From Pseudomonadota bacterium (GTDB taxonomy: Bacteria > Pseudomonadota > Gammaproteobacteria > Burkholderiales > Burkholderiaceae_C): DNA of 64,000 nucleotides. This document shows positions 1 to 11,018 of the stretch, one piece after another; position 1 is the first letter of the stretch, and every line of letters starts with the position of its first letter. Location of the stretch: NCBI GenBank assembly GCA_040385485.1, contig JAZKHJ010000020.1:27843-91842 (forward strand), given 5' to 3'. A program made the position numbers and the translations under genes. The notes below the pieces were generated by a model. That model was not told the origin of the DNA. It searched no databases and was given only the letters and a program-made list of their open reading frames with translations.

Positions 1-630
1 GGTCTGGCGGCGCTGGCCGTTCACATCCAGCCAGAGGTCCACGTCCTGCGGGTCGCCCAGCTCGTCCGGCGTCACCAGCCACGGGCCCAGGGGGCAGTGG
101 GTGGGGTAGCTCTTGCCCTTGGCCCACTGGCCTTCGTATTCCATCTGGTAGGCGCGCTCGGACACGTCGTTGACCAGACAGAACCCGGCCACGAAGTCCA
201 TGGCCTGGTCTTCGCTGACATGGAAGGCACGGCGGCCGATCACGATGCCCAGCTCCACTTCCCAGTCGAGCTTCAGCGCGCCTGGAGGCAGCCACACGTC
301 GTCGTTGGGACCACAGACCGCGCCACTGTGCTTGTTGAACACGATCGGTTGGCTCGGCGGCTTCAGGCCGGCCTCGGCCGCGTGGTCGGCGTAGTTCAGG
401 CCGATGCCGATCACGTTGGCCACGCCACCCACGCAAGGACCGAAACGGTGGCCTGGGGGCACAGCAGGCAGACCCGTCGGATCGAGCGCGGCCAGACGGG
501 CCATAGAATCACGCCCCAGGGTGGCCGGATGGATGTCGGTCACCACCCCCGAGAGATCGCGCAGCGTACCGCTGGCATCGATCAGACCGGGTTTTTCGGC
601 ACCCGCGGGTCCATGGCGAAAGAGTTTCAT
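1..630 (-). CDS. fumarylacetoacetate hydrolase (FAH) family protein, C-terminal part cut by window edge
   Basis: Reverse-strand ATG at 630-628. My translation reads MKLFRHGPAGAEKPGLIDASGTLRDLSGVV..., then ANVIGIGLNYADHAAEAGLK and LDWEVELGIVIGRRAFHVSE, which are typical FAH-fold motifs. The frame stays open to base 1; it is absent from the ORF track because no stop lies inside the window. Confidence 0.8.
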   Translation of the reverse strand, partial: MKLFRHGPAGAEKPGLIDASGTLRDLSGVVTDIHPATLGRDSMARLAALDPTGLPAVPPGHRFGPCVGGVANVIGIGLNYADHAAEAGLKPPSQPIVFNKHSGAVCGPNDDVWLPPGALKLDWEVELGIVIGRRAFHVSEDQAMDFVAGFCLVNDVSERAYQMEYEGQWAKGKSYPTHCPLGPWLVTPDELGDPQDVDLWLDVNGQRRQT

Positions 631-704
631 GGGTTCAACCTGTTGAGTCGTCTGTTGGAAAGGGGCCGATTGTGACCCCCGCCCCGTCAAACGCCTGTCG
701 CCTC

Positions 705-732
705 CTTGAAACCGGGCCATGCGCCCCCATGT
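705..732 (+). promoter_or_regulatory. sigma-32 (RpoH) type heat-shock promoter upstream of grpE
   Basis: CTTGAAA (705-711), 13 nt spacer, CCCCATGT (725-732). This is a near-perfect match to the CTTGAA-N13-17-CCCCATNT consensus, 56 nt upstream of the grpE ATG. Confidence 0.75.
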
Positions 733-787
733 GCCTGCCTGCGGCCAGCGCTGCCCACTTTTTTCAAAAACTTTTCCATTCACTTCC

Positions 788-1354
788 ATGAGCCACGACA
801 ACCAGCCCGCTGACAACGCCTCCCCGGACCCCAGTGCGCCTGTGAGCGCCGAAGAAGCGATGGCAGCCGCGGCGGCCAACGAGGCCGATGCCCTGACCGC
901 TTTGACGCAAGAGGTGTCCACCCTCAAGGCGCAGAACGCCGATCTGGCCGAGCAGTTCCTGCGCGCCAAGGCCGAGGCGGAGAACACCCGCCGCCGCGCC
1001 GAAGAAGAGATCAGCAAGTCGCGCAAGTTCGCGGTCGAGAGCTTTGCCGAGAGCCTGCTGCCCGTGGCAGACAGCCTGGAGGCCGGCCTGGCGATCTCAG
1101 AGGCCACGCGCGAACAACTGCGCGAGGGCTCCGAAGCCACACTCAAGCAGCTCAAGAGCGCGCTGGAGCGCCACCGCGTGCTGGAGATCAACCCGGCGGG
1201 TTCAACGAAGTTCGACCCGCACCAACACCAGGCCATCAGCATGGTGCCGGCCGAGCAGGAACCCAACACCGTGGTGAGCGTCCTGCAAAAGGGCTATTCC
1301 ATCGCCGACCGCGTGCTGCGCCCGGCCCTGGTCACGGTCACCGCACCCAAATAA
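788..1354 (+). CDS. grpE: nucleotide exchange factor GrpE
   Basis: Inner ATG of ORF 719..1354 (MSHDNQP...). It has an acidic or Ala-rich N-terminus, a long coiled-coil region ([25 protein letters not shown]) and a C-terminal beta domain ([16 protein letters not shown]). It sits directly upstream of dnaK. The 5' extension from 719 would overlap the sigma-32 promoter. Confidence 0.92.
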   Translation: MSHDNQPADNASPDPSAPVSAEEAMAAAAANEADALTALTQEVSTLKAQNADLAEQFLRAKAEAENTRRRAEEEISKSRKFAVESFAESLLPVADSLEAGLAISEATREQLREGSEATLKQLKSALERHRVLEINPAGSTKFDPHQHQAISMVPAEQEPNTVVSVLQKGYSIADRVLRPALVTVTAPK

Positions 1355-1374
1355 GCATTCGGTGCGGCCGCGCT

Positions 1375-1403
1375 CTTGAAAAGAGCCCGACTTATCCACA
1401 CCT
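1375..1403 (+). promoter_or_regulatory. possible second sigma-32-like promoter in front of dnaK
   Basis: CTTGAAA (1375-1381), 14 nt spacer, CCACACCT (1396-1403; 5 of 8 matches to CCCCATNT). The -35 lies inside the palindrome GCTCTTgaaAAGAGC (1372-1386). Confidence 0.4.
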
Positions 1404-1449
1404 CATCCACATCGTTTTCAACAATCTTTTTTCTAGACGGAGCAACAAC

Positions 1450-3375
<1,926 letters not shown>

Positions 3376-3398
3376 TCGGCTGAAGCTTTTCGATCATC

Positions 3399-3434
3399 CG
3401 CCGCGTCAGGGAAGCCTGTCGCGGCGTTTGTGTT
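3399..3434 (+). terminator. dnaK-dnaJ intergenic hairpin (partial terminator or attenuator)
   Basis: 7-bp GC stem CGCCGCG (3399-3405) / CGCGGCG (3420-3426) with a 14-nt loop, followed by TTTGTGTT. Confidence 0.4.
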
Positions 3435-3469
3435 CCAACCGAACCCCCAGGGGCTGTTCCCTAAAGACC

Positions 3470-4603
3470 ATGGCTAAACGCGATTTTTACGAAGTGCTGG
3501 GCGTGCCCAAGAACGCCGCAGACGAAGAAATCAAAAAGGCGTATCGCAAGCTTGCGATGAAGCACCACCCCGACCGCAACCAGGGCGATGCATCCAAGGC
3601 GGCGGAAGAGCGATTCAAGGAGGCGAAAGAAGCCTACGAGATGCTTTCTGACCCGCAGAAAAAGGCGGCTTACGACCAATATGGTCACGCCGGTGTGGAC
3701 CCCAACCTGCGCGGTGGCGCGGCCGGCGCCGAGGGCTTCGGCGGCTTCTCGGAGTCGTTCGGCGACATCTTTGGCGACATCTTCGGCGGCGCGCGTGGCC
3801 AGCGCAGCGGCCGCCAGGTTTACCGCGGTGCCGACCTGTCGTACGCCATGGAGATCTCGCTGGAAGAAGCAGCCGGCGGCAAGGAAACGCAGATCCGCAT
3901 CCCGAGCTGGGACGACTGCGAAACCTGCAGCGGCACCGGCGCCAAGCCCGGCACCAGCGTGAAGACCTGCAGCACCTGCCACGGCCAGGGCTCGGTGCAG
4001 ATGCGCCAGGGTTTCTTCAGCGTGCAGCAGACCTGCCCGCAGTGCGCCGGCACCGGCAAGATCATTCCCGAGCCCTGCACCACCTGCCACGGCCAGGGAA
4101 AGATCAAGAAGCAGAAGACGCTGGAGATCAAGATCCCCGCGGGCATCGACGACGGCCAGCGCATCCGCAGCACCGGCAACGGCGAGCCCGGCCAGAACGG
4201 CGGCCCTTCAGGCGACCTCTACATCGAAGTGCGCCTGCGCAAGCACGACATCTTCGAGCGCGAGGGCGACGACCTGCACTGCCAGGTGCCGGTGAGCATG
4301 ACGGTGGCCGCCCTGGGCGGCGAGATCGATGTGCCCACGCTCGCGGGCAAGGCCACCATCGACTTGCCCGAGGGCACGCAGAGCGGCAAGACCTTCCGCC
4401 TGCGCGGCAAGGGCGTGAAGGGCGTGCGCAGCAGCTACCCCGGCGACCTGTACTGCCACGTCGCGGTGGAAACGCCGATCAAGCTCACAGAACACCAGCG
4501 CAAGCTGCTGAAGGAACTCGACGAATCGTTCAAGAAGGGTGGCCACAAGCACAGCCCGAACGACAAGGGCTGGTTCGAGAAGGCGAAGTCGTTCTTCAGT
4601 TGA
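3470..4603 (+). CDS. dnaJ: molecular chaperone DnaJ (Hsp40)
   Basis: Starts [12 protein letters not shown]. Has the J-domain HPD motif (KHHPDRN), a G/F-rich linker and four CxxCxGxG zinc repeats ([32 protein letters not shown]). The track ORF begins at a TTG at 3428; the ATG at 3470 fits the family N-terminus. Confidence 0.97.
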   Translation: MAKRDFYEVLGVPKNAADEEIKKAYRKLAMKHHPDRNQGDASKAAEERFKEAKEAYEMLSDPQKKAAYDQYGHAGVDPNLRGGAAGAEGFGGFSESFGDIFGDIFGGARGQRSGRQVYRGADLSYAMEISLEEAAGGKETQIRIPSWDDCETCSGTGAKPGTSVKTCSTCHGQGSVQMRQGFFSVQQTCPQCAGTGKIIPEPCTTCHGQGKIKKQKTLEIKIPAGIDDGQRIRSTGNGEPGQNGGPSGDLYIEVRLRKHDIFEREGDDLHCQVPVSMTVAALGGEIDVPTLAGKATIDLPEGTQSGKTFRLRGKGVKGVRSSYPGDLYCHVAVETPIKLTEHQRKLLKELDESFKKGGHKHSPNDKGWFEKAKSFFS

Positions 4604-4623
4604 TCTGAAGCCCGCTCCAAGAC

Positions 4624-4652
4624 AAAAGCGACGCTGCGGCGTCGCTTTTTTT
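4624..4652. terminator. rho-independent terminator after dnaJ (A-tract upstream, so possibly bidirectional)
   Basis: AAAA-GCGACGC-tgcg-GCGTCGC-TTTTTTT: perfect 7-bp stem with a tetraloop and a T7 run. Confidence 0.8.
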
Positions 4653-4679
4653 CATTGGGGTGAGCAGAGGGACGGCGCT

Positions 4680-5126
4680 TCACTCCAGATCCCCGGCCTC
4701 ACGAGCGATGTAGCCTTGCTTCAACGCCATGTCCTGGTTCTCGAAGATGGCCATGGCGGTGTTCATTCGCCTGAACCCGAGCTTGCCGTAGAACGACTCT
4801 TTGCCCGGCACCGCGTAAAGAAGGATTTTTCGGTGTCCGCTCGATGCGGCCACCAGCCTGGTGATGATCTCCTTTCCAAGGCCGGTTCCCTGGTGGCTGG
4901 GCAGAACGGCCACGTCACAGATGTACGCGCAATCCGCTCCATCGGCGAGCGCCCTTCCGACACCGACCAGCCGCCCTTCGTCGTAGGCAAGGCAACGGAA
5001 CATGCTGTTGGAGAAAACAGTCTTGAGCCAAGCCGGGCTCTTGTTGCCAAGCGGCGCCGCCAGGTAGAGCGCGGACAACTCGTCCCAATCCAGGGTGTCA
5101 AGTGATTCGGACCAGCGAACGGGCAT
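4680..5126 (-). CDS. GNAT family N-acetyltransferase
   Basis: 148 aa. Has the acetyl-CoA binding motif A (VAVLPSHQGTGLGKEIITRL) and the C-terminal motif FYGKLGF. G+C is visibly lower than in the flanks. Confidence 0.85.
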   Translation of the reverse strand: MPVRWSESLDTLDWDELSALYLAAPLGNKSPAWLKTVFSNSMFRCLAYDEGRLVGVGRALADGADCAYICDVAVLPSHQGTGLGKEIITRLVAASSGHRKILLYAVPGKESFYGKLGFRRMNTAMAIFENQDMALKQGYIAREAGDLE

Positions 5127-5132
5127 GGCGCG

Positions 5133-5402
5133 TCAACCTTTGAATTCTTGATCGCTTCGCTGCGCATTCGGAAGCTGCTCGTCCAGAGATTGGCGGTACT
5201 TGATACAGCCTCTCATGAACTGCGGCCAAGCCGGGATTTCCAGCGATGGAGCGACCTTCTCCGGCAACAGCGCCCACAGATCGGGATGGTGCCAGCACAG
5301 ATCATGGCCGCTGGCGTCTCGATGAGATCGAATGGCCGAGCGCAATTTTTTGACCTCTGCTACGAGTTGGTCGCGCGACCGGGATTCAAGATCCTCGTCC
5401 AT
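5133..5402 (-). CDS. hypothetical small protein (89 aa), family not recognised
   Basis: ATG at 5402 preceded by GGAGG with 5-nt spacing. Sequence is MDEDLESRSRDQLVAEVKKLRSAIRSHRDASGHDLCWHHPDLWALLPEK.... Its stop lies 6 nt before the GNAT start. The longer track ORF (to 5687) runs into the divergent ZIP gene and is Arg/Ala/Pro-rich. Confidence 0.55.
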   Translation of the reverse strand: MDEDLESRSRDQLVAEVKKLRSAIRSHRDASGHDLCWHHPDLWALLPEKVAPSLEIPAWPQFMRGCIKYRQSLDEQLPNAQRSDQEFKG

Positions 5403-5548
5403 GGGCACCTCCAGATTGAGCAGAACGATACCGCGCTTGTACAGGGCATCGGATCCCCACGCTATCTCGATCATTGCCAACATCGATTGGTCTTGCTTGA
5501 TAGTTTTCGCCAAACTACCAACTCCTTTCGATTCCAGCAGGAGCATCC

Positions 5549-6541
5549 GTGGCCGAACCGATCCGACAAGTCCGCCCCGTCTGGGCCCAGGTGCAGCAAC
5601 TGGAGCTGCCGGTGCCGCCGCACGCCCTGCGCAACGCGCTTTTTGCGCTGGGCACCGGTCTGTTGGTGATGGCCGGTCTGGCCTCACTCAGCACGTTCTG
5701 GGCGCCCACACGCGCCTGGTGGGACGCCGCGGAACACGGCAGCGCCATGGCGGCGGGCGTGCAGGCCTCGTTGCTGGCGGCGGTGGCCACCGCCGTGGGT
5801 GCCTTGCCGGTGTTTCTGGTGCAACGCGTGAGCAAGCTGCAGGAAGCGGCGCTGATGTCGTTCTCGGCCGGCATCATGCTGGCCGCTGCCATCTTCGCCT
5901 TGCTGCTGCCCTCGCTGGACGCAGGGCAGGCGCTGTTCGGTGGTCGCACCAGCGCTGCGGCGCTCAGCGGCGTGGGGCTGGCGCTGGGCATGGGGCTCAT
6001 GCTCGCTGTGGACCGCTTCACGCCGCACGAACACGCTGTGCTGCCGCCTGCCGCGACTGGCCATGCCATTGCGCACACCGCCAGCGCAGTGCAGGGCGCG
6101 AAACTCATGGTGCTCGCCATCCTGATCCACAACGTGCCCGAAGGCCTGGCGGTGGGCGCGGCCTATGCAGGGCCGCAGGACGCAGCGGGGGCGCAAGCGG
6201 GCGCCTCGGTGGCGCTGGCCATCGGCCTGCAGAACATGCCCGAGGGGCTCATCGTCGCGATGGCGTTGCGCACGCTGGGACGCAGCGCGGGACAGGCCTG
6301 GGGCGTGGCCGCGCTCACCGGGCTGGCCGAGCCGCTGGGTGCCATCGTGGGCCTCGCGGTGCTGGGCAGCGTGCCGGTGTTTTTCCCGCTTGGCCTGGCG
6401 CTGGCGGCCGGTGCCATGCTGTTCGTGGTCAGCCACGAGATCATTCCCGAGACACACCGCAACGGCTTCGAGACCATGGCCACCGGCACATTGCTGGCTG
6501 GCTTCATCTTCATGCTCCTGCTGGATGCGGCACTGAACTGA
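5549..6541 (+). CDS. ZIP family (ZupT-like) divalent metal transporter
   Basis: 330 aa, multi-TM. Carries the signature HNVPEGLAVG and a second LQNMPEGL motif. The GTG start at 5549 is preceded by AGGAG with 5-nt spacing; the exact start is uncertain. Confidence 0.85.
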   Translation: MAEPIRQVRPVWAQVQQLELPVPPHALRNALFALGTGLLVMAGLASLSTFWAPTRAWWDAAEHGSAMAAGVQASLLAAVATAVGALPVFLVQRVSKLQEAALMSFSAGIMLAAAIFALLLPSLDAGQALFGGRTSAAALSGVGLALGMGLMLAVDRFTPHEHAVLPPAATGHAIAHTASAVQGAKLMVLAILIHNVPEGLAVGAAYAGPQDAAGAQAGASVALAIGLQNMPEGLIVAMALRTLGRSAGQAWGVAALTGLAEPLGAIVGLAVLGSVPVFFPLGLALAAGAMLFVVSHEIIPETHRNGFETMATGTLLAGFIFMLLLDAALN

Positions 6542-6573
6542 CCGCCAAAAGTGCGGGGCGTAAGATGCCTTGC

Positions 6574-7938
6574 ATGAGCGTACACATCCGATTTCTGGGC
6601 GGCGCCGGCACCGTCACCGGCTCCAAGTACCTGGTTGAGCACGATGGCCAGAGCCTGCTGGTCGACTGCGGCTTGTTCCAGGGCTACAAGCAGCTGCGGC
6701 TGCGCAACCGCGACCCGCTGCCGGTGTTGCCCAACCACATCGGCGCCGTGCTGCTGACCCACGCGCACCTGGACCACAGCGGGTATTTGCCATTGCTTGC
6801 GCGCGAAGGGTTTCACGGCAAGGTGTGGGCCACGCCGGCCACGCGAGATCTCGCGCAGATCCTGTTGCCCGACAGTGGCCACATCCAGGAAGAGGACGCC
6901 GCCTTTGCCAACCGAAAAGGTTTCTCCAAACATTCGCCCGCCCTGCCGCTCTACACCGAGAGCGATGCGCTACAAAGCCTCAAGCTGTTTCGCACCGTGG
7001 CCATGCACCAGGCTTTCGAGCCTCTCAAGGGCTGGACTGCGCAGTTCTCGGGCGCAGGGCACATCCTCGGTGCGGCGAGCCTGCTGCTGGAAGTGGGTGG
7101 TCGGCGCATCCTCTTCTCGGGCGACCTCGGTCGTCCCGACGACGCGCTGATGCTCGCGCCCGATGCGCCACCCGCGGCCGACGTGGTGCTGTGCGAATCC
7201 ACCTACGGCGACCGCGACCACCCCGACGAAGACGTGATGGCCGAGCTGGGCCCGGCATTGGCGCGCGTGGCCGCGCGTGGCGGCTCGGCCGTGGTGCCGG
7301 TGTTTGCGGTGGGCCGCGCACAGGCCTTGCTGCACGCCATTGCACAGCTCAAGGCGTCTGGCCAGTTGCCGCACAGCCTGCCGGTCTACCTCGACAGTCC
7401 GATGGCCATCCACAGCACCGAGCTGTTTGCGCGCCACCTGGGCGAGCACCGGCTGAACGCGCAGCAGTGCCACGCCATGGCGCAGGTGGCGAAGATGACG
7501 CGCACGGCCGACGAGTCCAAGGCGATAGCGCGCCAGCATGGCCCAAAGGTGATCCTGGCCGCCAGCGGCATGGCCACCGGCGGGCGCGTGTTGCACCACT
7601 TGGTGCAGTACCTGGGCGATCACCGCAACATGGTGCTGCTCACCGGCTACCAGGCCCCCGGCACCCGCGGCGCCACGCTGGCCAACGGTGGCGCCCAATT
7701 GCGCATCCACGGGCAAGACCTGCCGGTGCGCGCCGAGATCGTGCAGCTCAAATCCGCCTCGGCGCATGCCGACGCCGGGCAACTCATGGCATGGCTGCGC
7801 GCCCTGCCCCGTCCACCGCGCCGCGTGTTCGTCACGCACGGCGACATGGAAGCTTCCGACCGGCTGCGCCACCGCATCGAAACCGAGCTGCGCTGGCAGG
7901 CGCTCGTTCCGGAACATGGCAGTACGTGGGCCGTCTGA
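6574..7938 (+). CDS. MBL-fold metallo-hydrolase with beta-CASP / RNA-specificity domain
   Basis: Starts MSVHIRFLGGAGTVTGSKYLVE. Contains THAHLDHSGYLP (HxHxDH) and later H/D motifs of beta-CASP nucleases. Only the last 454 codons of the 868-aa track ORF are credible. An ATG at 6565 is an alternative start. Confidence 0.85.
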   Translation: MSVHIRFLGGAGTVTGSKYLVEHDGQSLLVDCGLFQGYKQLRLRNRDPLPVLPNHIGAVLLTHAHLDHSGYLPLLAREGFHGKVWATPATRDLAQILLPDSGHIQEEDAAFANRKGFSKHSPALPLYTESDALQSLKLFRTVAMHQAFEPLKGWTAQFSGAGHILGAASLLLEVGGRRILFSGDLGRPDDALMLAPDAPPAADVVLCESTYGDRDHPDEDVMAELGPALARVAARGGSAVVPVFAVGRAQALLHAIAQLKASGQLPHSLPVYLDSPMAIHSTELFARHLGEHRLNAQQCHAMAQVAKMTRTADESKAIARQHGPKVILAASGMATGGRVLHHLVQYLGDHRNMVLLTGYQAPGTRGATLANGGAQLRIHGQDLPVRAEIVQLKSASAHADAGQLMAWLRALPRPPRRVFVTHGDMEASDRLRHRIETELRWQALVPEHGSTWAV

Positions 7939-7993
7939 CACACCCGCACACACGGTCGATGGAACGCGGCCTGTGTTCATCACTCTCACCCCG

Positions 7994-9196
7994 ATGAAAC
8001 TTCGCAAATCCCTGCTCCTCAGCGCCGCCCTGCTCGCCGCGCCCGCCTGGGCCCAGTCACCCACACCCGCCCCCAACCCCGAATTCGACACTTGCCTGAA
8101 CACGTTGCGCGCACCCGCGCGCGCCGCCGGGGTGCGCGACGAGACCTTTGCGATGCACACGCAGAACCTCGCGCCCGACATGAGCGTGATCGAAAAACTC
8201 AACTTCCAGCCCGAGTTCCGCACGGCCATCTGGGACTACCTGGCCGGCCTGGTGGACGAAGAGCGTGTGTCGGAAGGCCGCGCCATGCTGGAGCGCCACG
8301 CCGAGACACTGGCCCGGGTCAGCGACAAGTACGGCGTGGACCCGGCCACGGTGGTGGCGGTGTGGGGCGTGGAGAGCAACTTCGGCCAGACCTTTGGCAA
8401 GTCACCGCTGGTGCAATCGCTGGGCACGCTCTCGTGCTTCGGGCGGCGCCAGGCTTACTTCCGCACCGAGCTGTTTTCGGCGTTGCGCATCCTGCAGGCT
8501 GGCCACATCGCGCCCGAGCGTTTTGTCGGTTCCTGGGCCGGCGCATTCGGCCACACGCAGTTCATGCCCAGCACCTTCGAGCGCCTCGCCGTGGACTTCG
8601 ACGGCGACGGCAGGGCCGATCTGATGGACAGCACGAGCGACGCGCTGGCCTCGACCGCGAACTTTCTGGCCAAGGCGGGCTGGCAGACCGGCCAGCCCTG
8701 GGGCTTTGAAGTGAAGCTGCCCGAGGGCTTCAGCGCCGTGGGCGAAGGCCGCCGCACCAAACGCGGCATGAGCGAATGGGCCGCGCGCGGCCTCAAGCGG
8801 GTTGACGGATCACCACTGCCCGCCACAGGCAGTGCCGGCCTCATGACCCCCGCCGGCCCGCAAGGCCCGGCCTTCCTCGTGCTGCGCAATTTCGACGCTA
8901 TCTACAGCTACAACGCGGCCGAGAGCTACGGTCTGGCGATCGCGCACCTGTCGGACCGCCTGCGTGGTGGCGGCCCCTTTGCCACGCCGTGGCCCACCGA
9001 CGACCCGGGCATCTCACGCGCCGAGCGCCGCGAGGTGCAGACCCTGCTGATCGCGCGCGGCCACGACATCGGCGCGGTGGACGGCATGCTGGGCGACAAG
9101 AGCCGCGTGGCGATCCGCGCCGAGCAGGAGCGCCTGGGGCACGAGGCCAGCGGGCGCGCAGGGCAGAAGCTGCTGAAGGCCTTGCGCGGCGGTTGA
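7994..9196 (+). CDS. lytic murein transglycosylase (MltB/SLT_2 type) with C-terminal peptidoglycan-binding domain
   Basis: Signal peptide MKLRKSLLLSAALLAAPAWA. Contains GVESNFG and GHTQFMPSTF motifs and a C-terminal PG_binding_1-like repeat (LLIARGHDIGAVDGMLGDKSRVAIRAEQ). Confidence 0.88.
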   Translation: MKLRKSLLLSAALLAAPAWAQSPTPAPNPEFDTCLNTLRAPARAAGVRDETFAMHTQNLAPDMSVIEKLNFQPEFRTAIWDYLAGLVDEERVSEGRAMLERHAETLARVSDKYGVDPATVVAVWGVESNFGQTFGKSPLVQSLGTLSCFGRRQAYFRTELFSALRILQAGHIAPERFVGSWAGAFGHTQFMPSTFERLAVDFDGDGRADLMDSTSDALASTANFLAKAGWQTGQPWGFEVKLPEGFSAVGEGRRTKRGMSEWAARGLKRVDGSPLPATGSAGLMTPAGPQGPAFLVLRNFDAIYSYNAAESYGLAIAHLSDRLRGGGPFATPWPTDDPGISRAERREVQTLLIARGHDIGAVDGMLGDKSRVAIRAEQERLGHEASGRAGQKLLKALRGG

Positions 9197-9199
9197 GGC

Positions 9200-10171
9200 T
9201 CAGGCCGCGCCACCATCGGCGCGGGCCAGATTGCGGGCCAGGCGAATGCCCGCCGCGCGCATGCGTTCCTTGAGCGCGGGTGGCTCCAGCACATCGAAGT
9301 CCACGTCCAGCGCCATGAGCCAGTAGACCAGCGCGTCCAGCTGGTGGGCACCACACAGCATGAGGCAGCGCGTGTCGTCGATGGGCTCGAGCGTGGCGGC
9401 CGAGTGCGCGATGCTGCGCACCATCTCGGCGTGCGGCCGGTGCAGCACCACCCGCGCCTGTTCGCCCGGCGCGCCCATGACCGAACGCGAGACGTAGGCG
9501 CGCAGGTCACCCGCCGGCGCGGCGCGCGGTGCAAAATGCGCACCGGTGCTCGGCGCGCCTTCCACGCGGTCGATGCGAAAAGTGCGCCAGTCGTCGCGCG
9601 CCGGGTCCCAGGCCACGAGGTACCAGCGGCTGCCGGTGTGCACAAGACCCTGCGGCTCCACGGTGCGCACCGTGCTCTGGCCGTGCATGTCGCGGTACGC
9701 GAAGCCCACCTGCAACTGGTCGCGGCAGGCCGTGGCGAGCGTGGCCAGCACGCCGGCATCGATGGTCGGGCCCATGCGCTGCATCGGCACGATGGCCGAG
9801 CGCAGAGCGTGGGTGCGGCGGCGCAGGCGGGTGGGCATCACCTGCTCGAGCTTCACCAGCGCGCGCAGCGAGCCTTCTTCCACGCCGCTCACGGTGCCCG
9901 CAGCGGCGATCTGCAGCGCGATCGCCACGGCCAGCGCCTCTTCATCGTCCAGCAGCAGCGGCGGCAGCGACTGCCCCGCGCGAAACGCATAGCCACCCGC
10001 CACGCCGCTGCTGGCGTGAATGGGGTAGCCGAGTTGGCGCAACCGGTCGATGTCGCGACGCAGGGTGCGCGGGTGCACCTCCAGCCGCTCGGCCAGATCG
10101 GGGCCCGCCCAATGGCTGCGGGTCTGCAGCAAAGACAACACCCGCAACAAACGTGAAGACGAGGAAAGCAT
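9200..10171 (-). CDS. YafY family transcriptional regulator (HTH + WYL domain)
   Basis: 323 aa. N-terminal DeoR-type HTH (RLLRVLSLLQTRSHWAGPDLAERLEVHPRTLRRDIDRLRQLGYPI) and a central WYL region (RWYLVAWD). Confidence 0.85.
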   Translation of the reverse strand: MLSSSSRLLRVLSLLQTRSHWAGPDLAERLEVHPRTLRRDIDRLRQLGYPIHASSGVAGGYAFRAGQSLPPLLLDDEEALAVAIALQIAAAGTVSGVEEGSLRALVKLEQVMPTRLRRRTHALRSAIVPMQRMGPTIDAGVLATLATACRDQLQVGFAYRDMHGQSTVRTVEPQGLVHTGSRWYLVAWDPARDDWRTFRIDRVEGAPSTGAHFAPRAAPAGDLRAYVSRSVMGAPGEQARVVLHRPHAEMVRSIAHSAATLEPIDDTRCLMLCGAHQLDALVYWLMALDVDFDVLEPPALKERMRAAGIRLARNLARADGGAA

Positions 10172-10285
10172 GGTCAGACTCTACCTCTTGTCGAGGGCAG
10201 AAAGTGTCCGCAATCAGCGCGACATTGCAGCCACGGGTTCGGCGCGGTGTCGGACCGGCCTTCAACCTTCCAAGGAGCCCCCCTC

Positions 10286-10891
10286 ATGTCCAAGATCGTT
10301 CTCTACTGGCACCCCATGTCCAGCGCCACCCCCGTTGCCTGCGCACTCGCCGAACTCGGCGTGCCACACGAGCGCGTCAAGGTCGACATCACCACCGGCG
10401 AGCAGCGCCGGCCCGACTTCCTCGCGCTCAATCCCAACGGCAAGGTGCCCACGCTGACGGTGGACGGGGCACCGATGTTCGAGGCGCTGGCGATCGAGAT
10501 GTGGCTGGGCGAGCAGTACGGCGTGAAGAGCGGCCTGTGGCCTGCAACCGGCACGCCGGCGCACCTGCAGGCCATGGCCTGGAGCACCTGGTCATACGTG
10601 ACCTACGGCGCGCAGCTCGTGCGCCTGCAGGCCGCGAACGATCTGGGCACGCCCGACGATGCCCACGGCACCGCGGCACGCAAAAGCCTTGATGAGTTGC
10701 TGGCCCTGCTCGATGCCCGCCTGAGCCAGCAGCCCTGGATGCTGGGCGAGGCGTACTCGCTGGTCGACCTGATCGTGGGCTCGGTGATCGGCTACAGCGC
10801 CTACATCGGCGCACCCCTGGCTGCGCACCCGACGACGCTGGCCTGGCTGCAAAAGGTGCAGGCACGCCCCTCGATGCAGATCGACGCTTGA
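10286..10891 (+). CDS. glutathione S-transferase family protein
   Basis: ATG at 10286 preceded by AAGGAG. Starts MSKIVLYWHPMSSATPVACALAELG and contains LNPNGKVPTL, consistent with a GST N-terminal thioredoxin-like fold plus an alpha-helical C-domain. Confidence 0.85.
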   Translation: MSKIVLYWHPMSSATPVACALAELGVPHERVKVDITTGEQRRPDFLALNPNGKVPTLTVDGAPMFEALAIEMWLGEQYGVKSGLWPATGTPAHLQAMAWSTWSYVTYGAQLVRLQAANDLGTPDDAHGTAARKSLDELLALLDARLSQQPWMLGEAYSLVDLIVGSVIGYSAYIGAPLAAHPTTLAWLQKVQARPSMQIDA

Positions 10892-10974
10892 CGACCCACC
10901 GCCGCACGACGTCTCCGAAGCGAAATGCCCTCACCCAGAGCACTCACGGAACCGGCTTCGCCGGGCCGTAGAGT

Positions 10975-10997
10975 GCGCCCCCCTTGAGGGGGGACGC
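10975..10997. terminator. GC hairpin between convergent GST and ybjQ-like genes
   Basis: GCG-CCCCCC-ttga-GGGGGG-a-CGC. There is no U-tract on either side, so terminator function is uncertain. Confidence 0.3.
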
Positions 10998-11018
10998 GCG
11001 CAGCGCGGCGGGGGGTGT

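Noticed and set aside
5403-5548. Possible Zur or other metal-regulator box in the A/T-rich divergent region upstream of the ZIP transporter
   Set aside because: I found no convincing match to the GAAATGTTATAnTATAACATTTC-type Zur palindrome, only short direct TCGAT repeats.
5332-6573. N-terminal 414 codons of the 868-aa ORF 5332..7938
   Set aside because: It overlaps the ZIP transporter gene in another frame and is Arg/Gly/Ala-rich low complexity. The MBL-fold homology begins only at MSVHIRFLGG (6574).
6825-8229. ORFs 6825..7997 (+) and 6970..8229 (-)
   Set aside because: These are alternative-frame or antisense shadows of the MBL hydrolase and transglycosylase genes, with extreme Arg/Ala/Gly/Pro content.
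9200-10171. WYL-domain regulator as a marker of a defence island
   Set aside because: Its neighbours are a GST (divergent) and a lytic transglycosylase. No nuclease, helicase, methyltransferase-restriction, Cas, CBASS or BREX-like genes are nearby. This is the common YafY-GST housekeeping arrangement.
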